IMG/VR virus record: IMGVR_UViG_3300009678_000106
Span: 1 to 35,086 of that record
Source of the DNA: a virus
Lineage: Duplodnaviria > Caudoviricetes
Reading direction: 5' to 3' (one strand)
DNA: 35,086 bases
Positions within the stretch are counted from its first letter, which is position 1, and each line of letters starts with the position of its first letter. Of the stretch, positions 34,333 through 35,086 are shown piece by piece. Both the position numbers and the translations under genes were made by a program. The notes under the pieces were generated by a model. It saw nothing but the letters and a program-made list of their open reading frames with translations, made no database searches and was not told where the DNA came from.

Positions 34333-34523
34333 AAACAATTAGTATAACATGTATCACGGTATTGTCTTTGCTTTTTGCTTACAAGCCGGTACAAAGAGAA
34401 AATTATGAAAAAACTTTGGTTTATAAAAAAGACCTTATTGCGCCGGAACTATTAGAGTGTAAGGCGTACCATGATAAAATACAGGAAAATTTAAACAAGG
34501 CAAAAAATGAAAAACGTAATTAA
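34329..34523 (+). CDS. Small exported/membrane-anchored lysis-module protein
   Basis: N-terminal signal-like hydrophobic stretch. Confidence 0.5.
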   Translation: MKTISITCITVLSLLFAYKPVQRENYEKTLVYKKDLIAPELLECKAYHDKIQENLNKAKNEKRN

Positions 34524-34695
34524 CCACATTATAAGCACCTTGATAGGCTTATTTTTTATTTTCGTGGCATTTTATTTCGAGTGGGAAACTTGGGAAATGT
34601 TCGCGTTTATCGGAATTGGGATAATTCTACTATTCGCAAAAGACGAACTCCCGGCAGTAATCAGAAAAGCAACCGACAAATTCCTATCAAAATAA
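34507..34695 (+). CDS. Putative holin (2 TM)
   Basis: Two TMs, charged C-terminus, directly before endolysin. Confidence 0.6.
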   Translation: MKNVINHIISTLIGLFFIFVAFYFEWETWEMFAFIGIGIILLFAKDELPAVIRKATDKFLSK

Positions 34696-34739
34696 AATAT
34701 TTAAACACTTTCTAAACACTTTTAAACGGTTTATAAATT

Positions 34740-35086
34740 ATGGATAAGATAACTATTGAAAGAATCGGGAAAGCGCACCCGAAAATTAGAGAATCACTTT
34801 TACAACAGTATCAGGAAGCGAATAACTTACTTGGTACAGGTGTAAGATTGCGTTTTGCATACGTATTTAGAACACCGGAAGAACAGGCAGAACTATTTAA
34901 GAAGCGTCCAAAAGTTACAAATGCGAATAGTTGGCAATCAATACATAATTACGGTTTAGCGTTTGACATTGTTTTATTGATTGATAAAGACTTAGACGGT
35001 AATTTCGAGGCTGCAAGCTGGGATACGGTTAAGGATTTCGACAAAGATAAGCAAGCCGATTGGATGGAAATTGTAACGTACTTTAA
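34740..35086 (+). CDS. Endolysin, M15 family (L-Ala-D-Glu peptidase-like), 3' truncated
   Basis: MDKITIERIGKAHP...FRTPEEQAELF...QSIHNYGLAFD (SxHxxGxAxD); runs off the window. Confidence 0.88.
   Translation, partial: MDKITIERIGKAHPKIRESLLQQYQEANNLLGTGVRLRFAYVFRTPEEQAELFKKRPKVTNANSWQSIHNYGLAFDIVLLIDKDLDGNFEAASWDTVKDFDKDKQADWMEIVTYF

Noticed and set aside
34702-34727. Short direct repeat TAAACACTTT x2 before the endolysin
   Set aside because: Only two copies of a low-complexity AT-rich 10-mer; no support for function

Overview
AT-rich, almost entirely + strand segment of a tailed dsDNA phage or prophage with a siphovirus-like gene order. Bacteroidota-type TTTG-N19-TAnnTTTG promoters point to a Bacteroidota (Flavobacteriaceae-like) host. 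Gene order: NinG, HNH, replication initiator, primase-helicase, a frameshifted C5 DNA methyltransferase, an accessory small-gene region, terS, terL, portal, protease/scaffold, HK97-type capsid, neck/tail, tape measure, baseplate/fibres, lysis genes and a truncated M15 endolysin. The standout is 6268-8691, an integron-like array of five gene cassettes. They are separated by five attC-like imperfect hairpins (TAACG..GCTTT..AAAAC.YTGTTA). The two ends of each cassette are complementary to each other over 9-15 nt but not to the neighbouring cassette, which is the signature of excisable, shuffled cassettes. No integrase lies in the window, and the polarity looks inverted relative to classical integrons. 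All calls are from reading the sequence by eye; no searches were run.
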